A stretch of 64,000 bases of DNA from an uncultured Spirochaetota bacterium (GCA_963820435.1 CAWGAC010000009.1:68991-132990), one strand, 5' to 3'; counted from the first letter of the stretch, positions 47,589 to 57,659 are shown. A program made the numbers and translations. Notes: a model not told the origin generated them from the sequence alone.

Positions 47589-48836
47589 ATGAACGTGCTT
47601 GGCATGGCCGTCCGAAACCTCGGGAGAAACCGCCGTCGAACCTTCCTCGCCGTGCTCTCCGTGCTCATCGCCATTACGCTGGTGGTCTTCATGGACGGGA
47701 TCATCGGCGGGATCCTGGATTCAATGGCGCGCAACTTCACCAAGAACGAAACAGGTCACGTGAGCGTGACGACCTCCGAGTACCGGGCCCGGGAGCGGTT
47801 CATGCCCGCTTCCGCGGCGATGGCGGACTCTGATGCGGTGGAGGAAGCAATCCGCTCAACCCCCGGCCTGGAGGGACGCATCGTGCAGGTCGCCCCCCGG
47901 GCGCTCTTTGCAGTCGTGCTTTCCTCCGCGTCGGCCACGAAGGCCGCACGGGGAATCGGCGGCGATCCCGATGGGGAGAAACGCCTCCTCATGCTGGACC
48001 GGGCGCTCCTGCCGGGCAGCGCGTACCTCGACCCGCACGGAGGCACCGCCATCATGGGCGCGAAGCTCGCCGAGGACCTGGGATTGAAAGTGGGGGATAC
48101 CCTGAAGGTCGTCTGTGAAAAAGCGGATTACGGGCTGGGCTTCAAAAAGTTCAGGATCGCCGGTGTTTTCCGCACGGGAGTGGACACCTTCGATGCATCG
48201 ACCTTCCAGGTAGGCCTTGCCGATGCGCGGGAGCTTCTTGGGCTGGGCAAAGGGGCATCGCAGATCCTCGTGATGCTGAAGGACTATCGGGACTCCGACG
48301 CGGCGGCAAAGCTCATCTCGGCCCACCTCGCGTCGGCGGGCCTCGGGAAACTCTCCGTGCAGAGCTGGACGTCCCTCGGAGACATCGCGGCGCTCATCAC
48401 TTTGTCGGGGAGAATCTATCTCTGGGCGGAAATCATCGTGGCGTTCCTCGGGGCGTTCATCATCGCCAACGTCATGATGATGGTCGTTCTGGAGCGGCGG
48501 CGCGAGATCGGCGTCCTGAAATCCATGGGCATGGAAGGGTCGCGGATCCTGCGTCTTTTTCTCGTTGAGGGAGTGTTCCTCGGTGTCATCGGCTCCGCGG
48601 TCGGGGCGATTTTCGGGACAGCGCTGAACGCGTGGCTTTCCGTGAAGGGCCTGGATTTCAGCGCGAGCATCTCGGGCAGCGGCATCGCGATGGACAACGT
48701 CATCTACACCGGCGTGCATCCGCTCCACGTTGCCCTGCTCTTCGCGCTCGGTGTGGCGGTGTCCGCAATCGTGTCCTTCCTGCCGTCCCGCAGCGCGGCA
48801 CGAATGGACCCGATTGAAGCGATACGATCGGTATAG
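47589..48836 (+). CDS. ABC transporter permease, FtsX/MacB-type (second copy)
   Basis: 415 aa. …RREIGVLKSMGMEGSRI…. Confidence 0.9.
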   Translation: MNVLGMAVRNLGRNRRRTFLAVLSVLIAITLVVFMDGIIGGILDSMARNFTKNETGHVSVTTSEYRARERFMPASAAMADSDAVEEAIRSTPGLEGRIVQVAPRALFAVVLSSASATKAARGIGGDPDGEKRLLMLDRALLPGSAYLDPHGGTAIMGAKLAEDLGLKVGDTLKVVCEKADYGLGFKKFRIAGVFRTGVDTFDASTFQVGLADARELLGLGKGASQILVMLKDYRDSDAAAKLISAHLASAGLGKLSVQSWTSLGDIAALITLSGRIYLWAEIIVAFLGAFIIANVMMMVVLERRREIGVLKSMGMEGSRILRLFLVEGVFLGVIGSAVGAIFGTALNAWLSVKGLDFSASISGSGIAMDNVIYTGVHPLHVALLFALGVAVSAIVSFLPSRSAARMDPIEAIRSV

Positions 48837-48847
48837 GGGGAGAGGCC

Positions 48848-49591
48848 ATGCAACTGTTCAAATCCGCGGCGTTGGCCGTCGTGTGCGCGGGCGTGGCGGC
48901 AGCGGCCGCATCCGGACAATCGGTGGAAGACATTCTTGCGAGGCTCGACGCGAACGTCTCATATGAGAGCATCCGCTACAGCGGGCGGATGGAAATCACG
49001 GTGGGCGGGGAAACCCGCTACAAGACCATGGACGTCATTGCAGAAGGAACGAACAAGGCGTTTGCCGAGTTCACCAATCCCGAGGATCGAGGCACCCGGT
49101 ATCTGAAGCTGGACAAGAACCTCTGGATCTATTTTCCGAAGGAGCAGGACACCGTCAAGATTTCCGGCCACCTGCTCAAGGAAGGGATGATGGGCTCCGA
49201 CGTCTCCTACGAGGACGCGCTCGAATCAGCGGACTACAGGGCGCGCTATTCTCCCGCTCTCAAAGGCGAGGATACGGTGAACGGCCGGCGCTGCTACGTG
49301 GTGGAGCTCAGCGCAAAGGTGCCGACCGCTTCCTACGATAAACAGCTTCTCTGGATCGACGCGGAGCGGTTCGTGAGGCTCAAGGCCGAGATGTACGCCA
49401 AGTCGGGGAAGCTTCTCAAGGTGGGCTATACGCTCGATGTCGTTCATCTGGGGGACCGGTGGTTCCCCGCGCGGACGGAGCTCGTGTCGAAGCTGCGCAA
49501 CAACACGAAGACCGTGTTCAGCATGGACAGGATCGACATCGGCGCCGCCGTGGACGACAGGCAGTTCTCCCTGGCGGCGCTGTCCAAATGA
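48848..49591 (+). CDS. outer-membrane lipoprotein-sorting (LolA-like) protein
   Basis: 247 aa, signal peptide. …YLKLDKNLWIYFPKEQ…GRRCYVVEL…QLLWIDAERFVRLKAEMY… is typical of the LolA_like family. Confidence 0.8.
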   Translation: MQLFKSAALAVVCAGVAAAAASGQSVEDILARLDANVSYESIRYSGRMEITVGGETRYKTMDVIAEGTNKAFAEFTNPEDRGTRYLKLDKNLWIYFPKEQDTVKISGHLLKEGMMGSDVSYEDALESADYRARYSPALKGEDTVNGRRCYVVELSAKVPTASYDKQLLWIDAERFVRLKAEMYAKSGKLLKVGYTLDVVHLGDRWFPARTELVSKLRNNTKTVFSMDRIDIGAAVDDRQFSLAALSK

Positions 49592-50698
49592 AAATCACGA
49601 CCCTCGCTGCCGCGGCGGTGATTGCCGGCATGATTGCCGCCCCTGCCAGTGCCCAGGACACGGCCTCCTGGAGCCTGGGCGGGTCCGTGACCGCGCAGCC
49701 CTATGCTGCCTATGCCGGCAACGGATCCCTGGGAGCCGCGGACTTCTCATACGGCTCGGATACGACCCTCGGTCTCGACCTGCGCGCCCTGGGCGAGCGC
49801 GCCCGGGCCGAAGCCTCGGTGGAGGCTGCCGTGCTGACCGGCGCATCGGCCCTTGCCGCCTGGGCTGCATCGGCATCCGGTCTCGCGCGGCCGGACGAGC
49901 TGCTTGTCCCCGGCACCGCCCCTGCCGCGCCCGCGGCGGAAACTCTCGTGGCCTTCAGGCTTCGCACCCTCTACCTCAAGCTCGACTTCGACTGGGCTTC
50001 ACTGACTGCGGGGCGCCAGGTGGTCAATTACAACCGCGGCGTTCTGTGGAGCCCGACTGACCTGTTCAACGAGCTCGACCTGACAGGGCTCTCGCCGGTC
50101 CGCCTGGGAAGCGATGCGCTCCGCGCGGCCGTCCCCCTGGGCGCGACAGACCGGCCTCGATCTCGTGGCGGCGCCCACGACCGCGCCCGCCGACGGCCGC
50201 TACTCCGCCCGTCTGTCAGCTCTTATTGCCGGCGTGGACGGCGCGCTCACCGCGGCCCGTGCCGGGAAGGGCTGGATGTTCGGCGCTGACTTCAAGGCCG
50301 ACATCGAAGTCGGCATCTATGGCGATGTCGCCTGCTCCCTGCCGGACTCGGGCCAGGCAGGCGCGCTTCGCGCGGCGGCCGGGGTCGACTGGTCCATTGG
50401 CGACTTTGTGATGGCGGCCGAGTATTACTATAACGGAGGCGGCGCCGAGGCAGACCCCCTGTTTCCCGGCACTCACAACCTCTATGCGTCCCTCCTCTGG
50501 AATGCCACGGAGCTGTTCAGCCTTTCGGAAACGGTCATCTGGGATATCGCGGACGGGTCGGGCACGGCCCTGCTTCTCGGATCCCTCAGCGCGGCCCAGA
50601 ACGCCACGTTCCAGGCCTACCTGAAAGCCGGCTACGACCCGGCGCTGGCCGCGCGGGCCGGCGTGCAGGCGGGATTGAACATAGAGGTGAAGTTCTAA
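49588..50698 (+). pseudogene. putative outer-membrane beta-barrel protein; one frameshift
   Basis: ATGA overlap with the LolA-like gene. MKITTLAAAAVIAGMIAAPASAQ signal. Frame changes at about 50151 (AVPLGATD|GLDLVAAP). Alternating-pattern strands and a C-terminal …GLNIEVKF (aromatic terminus). Confidence 0.6.
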
Positions 50699-50817
50699 TC
50701 AACGGATTAAATCACTCGATCATTTCCTGAAGGGTTTCTCCCCTCGGCATCGTCAAATCCTCCGGAGACGCGGCAGGCGGACGGCGGCCGCGCCCTGCAT
50801 CGACAAAGGAGAAAACA

Positions 50818-52194
50818 ATGTCACCACGAACAAACGGGGGATTCACCCTCCTGCAGCGTCTGGGGCTGTTCGCTCTCCCCATCGGGCTCACGATCCTCGG
50901 ACCTGCATGGGCGCAGGACAAGGGCGCGGCGGCCGGGCCGGGCGGGACGCCCCCTGACGGCGCACCTGCCGGCACGGGCAGCGAACGGGCGGCAGGGCGC
51001 CCCTGGTACGATCTGCGAATGATGCCCGATCCGATCCTCGACCAGGTTCTGCTCTTCTACCTGGGCGAAGCGCGGATGGGCATGACGGACGTGGGAGAAG
51101 TCCTGGATACCGCGAGCCGGGTGAGGGGGGATGACGAGTACAGCTGGACTCGGGAATGGGAAAAAACCGCCGCGCGCATGCGCGCCGCCGCGGAAGCGGG
51201 GGAAAAGGCGGGGCATCGGCTCGGCGCCGGGGAGTCTTTCATGCGGGCAGCGGCCTATTACCGGGCTGCGTTGCACCGGCACCCGGACCCCGCGGCACCC
51301 GAGGTGCGGAGGCTTTCGGAGAATGAGGTTGCCTGCTTCGCGCGCGCCGTGCGGCTCCTCTCTCTCCCCGTCCAATCGGTAAGAATACCCTATGACGACA
51401 CGACTCTTCCCGGGTATTTTTTCAGGTCTGCCAATGCGGGAAAGAAAGCGCCGATTCTCATTGTCCACTCGGGCCGGGACGCATGGGCGGAGGATGACAC
51501 ATACATCGCCCAGGAGGCTCTCCGGCGCGGCTGGCATTGCCTGCTCTTCGACGGTCCCGGGCAGGGCCAGACCCTCCGCCTGCAGGGGCTTGCCTTCCGT
51601 CCTGACTGGGAGAAGGTGATCACCCCCGTGGTGGATTTCGTTGTCAAACAGCCGGGCGTGGACTCCAGTCGGATCGCGCTCATGGGCATATCAATGGGAG
51701 GGGCCCTGGCCCCGCGGGCCGCGGCATTCGAAAAACGCCTGAAGCTCCTGGTTGCCAACCCCGGGGTCCTGGATTGGGGGCGGGTCGTCACGGGATTCAT
51801 CGCCGAGCGCTATCCTGAGATTGCCGACATGCCGGAAAAAGATCCGCAGGGCTTCAATGCCCTCATGGCCCAGGTAATCGCGGGAAACCCCTTCATGCGA
51901 TGGGGACTCAGGGACACGATGTGGAAGCAGGGGTGCGCGACCCCGGCCCAGCTCGTCCAGGAAATGAAGAAATACACCAACAAGGGCTTTGCCGAGAAGA
52001 TCACCGCAAAGACCCTTGTCGTGGACGGTGAGGCGGAGGAGTTCGGCCAGGCAAAGGAGCTCCTCGCGGCGCTCCGCTGCCCGAAGGACTACATGCTGTT
52101 CACTGCTGCCGAGGCGGCGCAGCTGCACGTGCAGACGGGGTCGTCCGCCGTCTCCTGCCAGCGGATCTTCGACTGGCTTGAAGAAAACCTGTAA
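50818..52194 (+). CDS. secreted alpha/beta hydrolase
   Basis: 458 aa. Signal peptide plus a Gly/Pro/Ala-rich linker. Nucleophile elbow GISMGG. Confidence 0.8.
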   Translation: MSPRTNGGFTLLQRLGLFALPIGLTILGPAWAQDKGAAAGPGGTPPDGAPAGTGSERAAGRPWYDLRMMPDPILDQVLLFYLGEARMGMTDVGEVLDTASRVRGDDEYSWTREWEKTAARMRAAAEAGEKAGHRLGAGESFMRAAAYYRAALHRHPDPAAPEVRRLSENEVACFARAVRLLSLPVQSVRIPYDDTTLPGYFFRSANAGKKAPILIVHSGRDAWAEDDTYIAQEALRRGWHCLLFDGPGQGQTLRLQGLAFRPDWEKVITPVVDFVVKQPGVDSSRIALMGISMGGALAPRAAAFEKRLKLLVANPGVLDWGRVVTGFIAERYPEIADMPEKDPQGFNALMAQVIAGNPFMRWGLRDTMWKQGCATPAQLVQEMKKYTNKGFAEKITAKTLVVDGEAEEFGQAKELLAALRCPKDYMLFTAAEAAQLHVQTGSSAVSCQRIFDWLEENL

Positions 52195-52245
52195 ACGCCT
52201 TGCCCGGGGCGCGCGCAGCAAGTAACTTCAACCGGGGGGCTCATC

Positions 52246-53286
52246 ATGGTCAAAATATCAGGCAGGAAGCTGGAGCGGCTGGAGCATCTGGCCGACTCGC
52301 GGGGCGTGATCGCGGCGGCCGCGATGGACCAGCGCGGCTCGTTGAAAAAGTCCATTGCCAAGGAAAAGGGCGTGGATCCGTCACAGCTCTCCGATGACGT
52401 GATGAGCGAGTTCAAGGAGGCGGTCAGCAGGGTGCTCACGCCGCATGCCACCGCCATCCTCCTGGATACCGAGTTCGGCCAGCGCGCCATCAAGGCGCGC
52501 GCCAGGAACGCGGGCCTTCTGCTGGCATATGAGAAAACCGGCTACGATGCAACGCAGCCGGGAAGGCTGGGTGATCTGCTGGATCACCTGAGCGTCCAGC
52601 GCCTCGCGGCGTTCGGAGGAGATGCGGTGAAGCTCCTCCTTTACTACGCCGCGGACGACGATCCCCAGGTCAACGACATCAAGCACGCATGGATCGAACG
52701 GATAGGAGCGGAGTGCGCCGCGGAGGAGATGCCGCTGTTCCTCGAAATCGTGACGTATGATCCCAGGGGCGGGGAGGAAAAGAGCGTCTCATTTGCAAAG
52801 CGCAAGCCCGATCTGGTCATGGGGTACATGAGGGAGTTCTCCAAGCCCCAGTATCGCGTGGACGTGCTGAAAGTCGAGATCCCCTTCGATATCGCATTCG
52901 TCAAGGGGTCCAAGGCGAACAAGAGCGGCCAGGCGGCCTACGAAAAGCAGGAGGCCAAGGACATCCTCCTGCGAGCCGCCCGGTGCACGCACCTGCCGTT
53001 TATCTATCTTTCAGCCGGCGTGGACGATGACGTCTTTCGCGAGTCGCTCATCATGGCGGGAGAAGCCGGCGTGCCGTTCGCGGGGGTTCTCTGCGGCCGG
53101 GCCACGTGGAAAGAGGGAATACCCGTCTACGCGAAACGCGGGGCAAAGGCGCTGGAAGACTGGCTTGCCGACCGCGGCGTGAAAAACATCGAGACGCTGA
53201 ACGATGTATTGAAGCAGTACGCAAAGCCCTGGTACGCCGCGTACGGCGGACGTGACAAGGTGCAGGCGGTCGCGCGGACGGATTGA
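52246..53286 (+). CDS. class I tagatose-1,6-bisphosphate aldolase family protein (LacD-like)
   Basis: 346 aa. LADSRGVIAAAAMDQRGSL…AILLDTEFG…VKLLLYY…. Confidence 0.8.
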   Translation: MVKISGRKLERLEHLADSRGVIAAAAMDQRGSLKKSIAKEKGVDPSQLSDDVMSEFKEAVSRVLTPHATAILLDTEFGQRAIKARARNAGLLLAYEKTGYDATQPGRLGDLLDHLSVQRLAAFGGDAVKLLLYYAADDDPQVNDIKHAWIERIGAECAAEEMPLFLEIVTYDPRGGEEKSVSFAKRKPDLVMGYMREFSKPQYRVDVLKVEIPFDIAFVKGSKANKSGQAAYEKQEAKDILLRAARCTHLPFIYLSAGVDDDVFRESLIMAGEAGVPFAGVLCGRATWKEGIPVYAKRGAKALEDWLADRGVKNIETLNDVLKQYAKPWYAAYGGRDKVQAVARTD

Positions 53287-53316
53287 ACCCTCAGGGTTGG
53301 CCTCTCGGCGGCTCTC

Positions 53317-53337
53317 GGCGTTTGCTTTGCAAACGCC
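53317..53337. terminator. hairpin 1 in convergent intergenic region
   Basis: GGCGTTTGC-ttt-GCAAACGCC, perfect 9-bp stem. Confidence 0.5.
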
Positions 53338-53348
53338 TGCCGCCCTCC

Positions 53349-53365
53349 GCACGCCTTCGGCGTGC
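53349..53365. terminator. hairpin 2 in convergent intergenic region
   Basis: GCACGCC-ttc-GGCGTGC, perfect 7-bp stem. Confidence 0.45.
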
Positions 53366-53403
53366 TACGCATCCCTGGCCTCGGCCACCCTCGCCATCCA
53401 ACT

Positions 53404-53419
53404 CCGCGGAATACCGCGG
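53404..53419. terminator. hairpin 3 in convergent intergenic region
   Basis: CCGCGG-aata-CCGCGG, 6-bp stem, 6 nt from the quinone-reductase stop. Confidence 0.4.
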
Positions 53420-53424
53420 AAGGG

Positions 53425-54387
53425 CTACGGAATCAGCACGATCTTGCCGAACGCGCCGGGCTCCAGCACTTTGCGGTGAGCCTCCGCAGCGTTTGCAAGC
53501 GGCAGCTCGGCTCCCACCACGGGGCTCAGCGTCCCATTGTCCAGCCCGGCAACGAGAGCGGCGTGGGCAGCCTCCACGTCCTGGTCGGAGATGTTCCACA
53601 ACAACATGCCATAGACCGCCGCGTCCCTGGACATCAGGTCCCGCGGATTGATGGTCGCCTCCCCGCGATTGCCGATCACCACAACGCGTCCGCGCGGCGC
53701 CAGCAGCTTCAAGTCAGCGCCGAGGTTGACGTTGGCGAGCATCTCGAGGATGACATCGACCCCCCTGTCCCCCGTCAACTCCCTCACCTGATCCTGGTAG
53801 CCGGCCGTCCGGTGATCCACCACGTGGTGCGCGCCCTCGCGGAGGACCAGATCCCGGCCCTTGTCCGTGCCGGCGGTGCCGATCACCCTCATGCCCCGGG
53901 CCCGCGCAAGCTGCACCGCCGCGACGCCGACCCCGCCGCTCGCGCCATGGACGAGGAGCGTTTCCCCTCCGCGGGCATGCGCAAGCTGCTCGAGCGCCCG
54001 ATAGGCGGTGGTGTAGGGCACGAACACGGCGGCGCCCTGGGCCCACGAGATCCGCTCGGGAAGCGGCTGGACCTGGGACTCCAGCGCGAGAGCGTATTCG
54101 GCGTACGTCCCGCTCACCGTCCGGGCCGTGTACACACGATCACCCGGCTTCACCCGGCGAATGCCGGATCCCACGGTCTCTATGACTCCGGCGCCGTCCG
54201 TGCCCGGTGTGTAGGGAAGCTCGGGCTTGCGCGAGTAGCTCCCGCTGCGCACATAAGTGTCGGCCGGATTGACGCCGGCCGCCTTGATGCGAACCACGAC
54301 CTGCCCCGGACCCGGCTTCGGCAGGGGGATCTCAGCGAGCTTCAGCACCTCGGGTCCGCCAAACTCCTTTACGACGATCGCTTTCAT
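53425..54387 (-). CDS. NADPH:quinone oxidoreductase (MDR/zeta-crystallin family)
   Basis: 320 aa. MKAIVVKEFGGPEVLKL…VHGASGGVGVAAVQLA. The ATG overlaps the kinase stop (ATGA). Confidence 0.9.
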   Translation of the reverse strand: MKAIVVKEFGGPEVLKLAEIPLPKPGPGQVVVRIKAAGVNPADTYVRSGSYSRKPELPYTPGTDGAGVIETVGSGIRRVKPGDRVYTARTVSGTYAEYALALESQVQPLPERISWAQGAAVFVPYTTAYRALEQLAHARGGETLLVHGASGGVGVAAVQLARARGMRVIGTAGTDKGRDLVLREGAHHVVDHRTAGYQDQVRELTGDRGVDVILEMLANVNLGADLKLLAPRGRVVVIGNRGEATINPRDLMSRDAAVYGMLLWNISDQDVEAAHAALVAGLDNGTLSPVVGAELPLANAAEAHRKVLEPGAFGKIVLIP

Positions 54388-56258
54388 GGTTCCTCCTCAG
54401 CGTCAGCCGTCGATTCAGGCAGCCGGATATCGAATTGGCACCCGGAGCTTTCGAGGTTCTTGACGCTCATGCTCCCTCCGTGCCTCTGCACGATCTGGTA
54501 GCAGATCGATAAACCGAGCCCGATGTTGTCCCCCTTCCCCTTCCGTGTCGAGTAGAAGGGTATGAATATGTCATTGAGGTTCGTATCCTGGATTCCCGGC
54601 CCTGAGTCGGTAAATGTCACATTCACCGCGCCCCTGCCCTGCTCATCCCGCGTCCGGCGGGTTTCTATGTTGATGATCCCGCCGGCGGGCATGGCCTCGA
54701 AGCTGTTCTTCACCAGGTTGAGGACCACCTGCTTCATCTCGTTCCTGTTGACCGTGGCCATGAGCGTCTTTTCCGGCGAATCGAACGTGATCGTGATGTG
54801 CTTGTAATCCGCGTTATGACGGAGGAGGCTCAGTATGTTGCGGATCAGGTCATTGAGGTCGATCTCCTCCCTTTCCACCGTGTCCATGTTCGAAAGGGAA
54901 AGGAGATTCTTCACGATGCCCGCGATATAGGTGATCTCCTCATGCAGCTCGTCGACCGCCTCGTGCAGCTTCTTGTCATCGAACGAGAACTTGATGTGCG
55001 TCAGATAGTTGTAGACGATTTCCAGCGGATTATTGATCTCGTGCGCGACCCCGGCGGCGAGCAGGCCGAGTGAAGCGAGCTTCTCCGAGAGGATGACCTG
55101 TTTCTGCAGCTTGTCGAACTCGGTGACGTCTTCGATGATGATGATGTTCCCGATGCGCGCTCCCTCGTCATAGATGGGGAGGGTCCTGACATTGTTCACC
55201 GTGTCCGCTCCGCCAATGACCAGCGGGACGTGGTAGAATGCCCTGCCTTCGTCGGAGAGCAGCGCATCCCGTATGAGCCCGAGCGTCCCGCTGTTCCGCG
55301 CCCCCAGCAGGTCCGCGAGCGGCTTGTCCTCGAATTGCACGCCTTCGAGGCGGAAGTATTCCCTGCAGCGCTCGTTCACGATCTTGACGTTCTCCTGCGC
55401 GTCACTCACGATGAGGTTCACCGGCAGATTGAGCAGGACCGCCTCGTTGTACTTGAGGAACTGGTTGAACTCGCGTTTCAGGTTTCCCGAATCGTTGCGC
55501 GCGTAGACCTGCGTATAGGTGAGCTTGAGCAGGTTCATCCTGTCGATGTGCTCGACGTCATCCGTCACCAGGATCTCGCCGTTCTTGACTATGCTGACAC
55601 GGTCCGCCACGTCGTAGACGTCGTCAATGCGGTGCGTGATGAAGAGAACGGCCATGCCTTCCTTTTTCATCCCGTCCACGATGCGCAGCACCCGGGCGAG
55701 ATCTCCCGAGGACAGCTTCTCCAGGGCTTCGTCCAGGATCAGCAGTCTCGGTCTTTTCTGCAGCGCGCACAGGATCGAGGTCAGGACCCGGTCGGGAAGG
55801 TTGAGGTGGCTCACCGTCGCGGAAGCGTCGAGATTGAAGTCGTGGGAAGAGAGGTATTCCTCCGCATGGCGCAGGATGTCCCTCCTGCTCAGCATGCCCC
55901 AGCGCTTCAACTTTCCGTCCAGGAAAAAGATGTTCTCGGCCACGGAGAAATAGTCGTTGAGCTGGACCTGCTGGTGCACCATCTCGATGCCCATGCGATG
56001 CGCAAGACTCGTGGACAGGGCGGCGTATCTCCCGCTGCCGAATTCGATGGATCCCCTCTTGGGCTTCATGTTGCCGCTGATGACCATGCCGAGCGAGGAT
56101 TTTCCCGCTCCATGCTCCCCCACCACCGCATGGACCTTCGAGGGAAAGAGGGAGAGGCTGACGTCTTTCAGCGCTTCGATCTGGCCATAGTCCAGCGATA
56201 TGTGGGCAAGACGGAGCAGCTCGTGGGTTTCGCCCCCGATGCTACGCATTGATCCCAT
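54384..56258 (-). CDS. soluble sensor histidine kinase with N-terminal ABC-type nucleotide-binding domain (NBD-PAS-HisKA-HATPase_c)
   Basis: 624-aa uninterrupted ORF. NBD: GEHGAGKSS, VHQQ, LLILDEA, ITHR. PAS-like region at about aa 265-385. HisKA AAGVAHEINNPL. HATPase DSGPGI…GLGLSICYQIV. No TM segment. Confidence 0.9.
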   Translation of the reverse strand: MGSMRSIGGETHELLRLAHISLDYGQIEALKDVSLSLFPSKVHAVVGEHGAGKSSLGMVISGNMKPKRGSIEFGSGRYAALSTSLAHRMGIEMVHQQVQLNDYFSVAENIFFLDGKLKRWGMLSRRDILRHAEEYLSSHDFNLDASATVSHLNLPDRVLTSILCALQKRPRLLILDEALEKLSSGDLARVLRIVDGMKKEGMAVLFITHRIDDVYDVADRVSIVKNGEILVTDDVEHIDRMNLLKLTYTQVYARNDSGNLKREFNQFLKYNEAVLLNLPVNLIVSDAQENVKIVNERCREYFRLEGVQFEDKPLADLLGARNSGTLGLIRDALLSDEGRAFYHVPLVIGGADTVNNVRTLPIYDEGARIGNIIIIEDVTEFDKLQKQVILSEKLASLGLLAAGVAHEINNPLEIVYNYLTHIKFSFDDKKLHEAVDELHEEITYIAGIVKNLLSLSNMDTVEREEIDLNDLIRNILSLLRHNADYKHITITFDSPEKTLMATVNRNEMKQVVLNLVKNSFEAMPAGGIINIETRRTRDEQGRGAVNVTFTDSGPGIQDTNLNDIFIPFYSTRKGKGDNIGLGLSICYQIVQRHGGSMSVKNLESSGCQFDIRLPESTADAEEEP

Positions 56259-57574
56259 ATCGCTCCATCTTGTTGTACAGCGTCTTCCTGCTCATGTTCA
56301 GAAGCTGCGCGACCCGGGACCTGTTGTAGTTGGTGCTCTGGAGGGTCTTCAGGATCAGGTGCTTTTCCATATCCTCACGGATGTTGCGAGGGGTCGCGTT
56401 CAGCCCGCCGTCCAGGAAGCTGACCGGGAGGTCCTCCATCCCGATCCGTTCGCCCGCCGACATTGCCACCGAATAGTTGATCGTATTCTTCAGCTCTCTG
56501 ACGTTCCCCGGCCACGAGTGATCGAGGAACCGGGCCAGGACTTCCGGGGCAACCTCCTTCCGGGCGCCGGGGCTGGAATCGTGATACTCCGCCAGGAAAT
56601 GTTCGACGAGCAGAGGGATGTCCTCTTTCCTCTCCCGGAGGGGAGGAACGGTAAGCACCGCCGCATTGAGCCTGTAGAAGAGGTCTTCGCGGAACAGGTT
56701 TTTCTCCATCAACGCTCCGAGGTCCTTGTTCGTGGCGGCGATGAAGCGCACATCCACCCGGATCGTCTCGCTCCCCCCCAGCCTTCTGATCTCGCTGTTC
56801 TGGAGGGTCCGGAGGATCTTTGCCTGGATACCGAGGGGCATGTCTCCGATCTCGTCGAGAAACAGGGAGCTTCCATTGGCCTTCTCGAACACCCCCTTGA
56901 AGGCGGAATCCGCGCCGGTGTATGCCCCCCTCTCGTGCCCGAACAGCTCGTTGTCCAGGAGGGTCTCGGGAAAAGCGACGCAATTGATTTTGATCATCTT
57001 CCGGGCGCCGCGCGCGGAGCTCGGCATGGATATTGTCCGCGATGACCTCCTTGCCGGTCCCGCTCTCGCCGCAAATCAGAACCGGGAGATTGGTGGCCGC
57101 GAGCTTCTCCACCTTCCGGCAGAGGTCGAGCATGCGTGCGTCCTGGGTGACGATGGTCGCGGAGAGCTCCATGAGCCGGCTGCGCAGCTGGACGTTTTCT
57201 TCCCGCAGCCTCGAGCACTCGTACGCGTTCTCCACGGTCTTCAGAAGCTCGTCGAAATCAAGCGGCTTCTTCACGTAGTCGAACGCCCCCAGCTTGATCG
57301 ACTGTACAGCCGTATCTATGGACGCGTACGCGGTGATCATGATCACGGGGACCCGGGCGTTGATTGCCAGGAGGCGCTTGAGGATATCAATGCCGCTCTC
57401 ATCGGCCAGCATCACGTCCAGAAGAACGACATCGATCCTGTTGTCGGAAAAAACCGCGACTGCCTGCTGGCCATTGGTCGCGTAGAAAGCCTTGTAACCG
57501 ACGTGCTCGAAGTTCCAGGCCAGGCTCTTGCAGAGCTTCTCTTTATCGTCGATGACCAGGATGCTGCTTTTCAT
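56242..57574 (-). pseudogene. sigma-54-dependent response regulator (NtrC/Fis family: REC + AAA+ + HTH); one frameshift
   Basis: ORF 56375..57574 (REC: ILVIDD…VVLLDVMLADESG; Walker A GESGTGKEVIADNIHA) joins ORF 56242..57027 (SSARGARKMIKINCVAFPE…ERGAYTGA…VRELKN…SRVAQLLNMSRKTLYNKM) at about 57022. Confidence 0.9.
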
Positions 57575-57659
57575 CTGTTGATTGTCACCAAGTTACCCAA
57601 TCGCCCCTCGCAATATGAGTAATTTTTACGCACTCACTATAGGGCCGTTGCCTGCGGGC

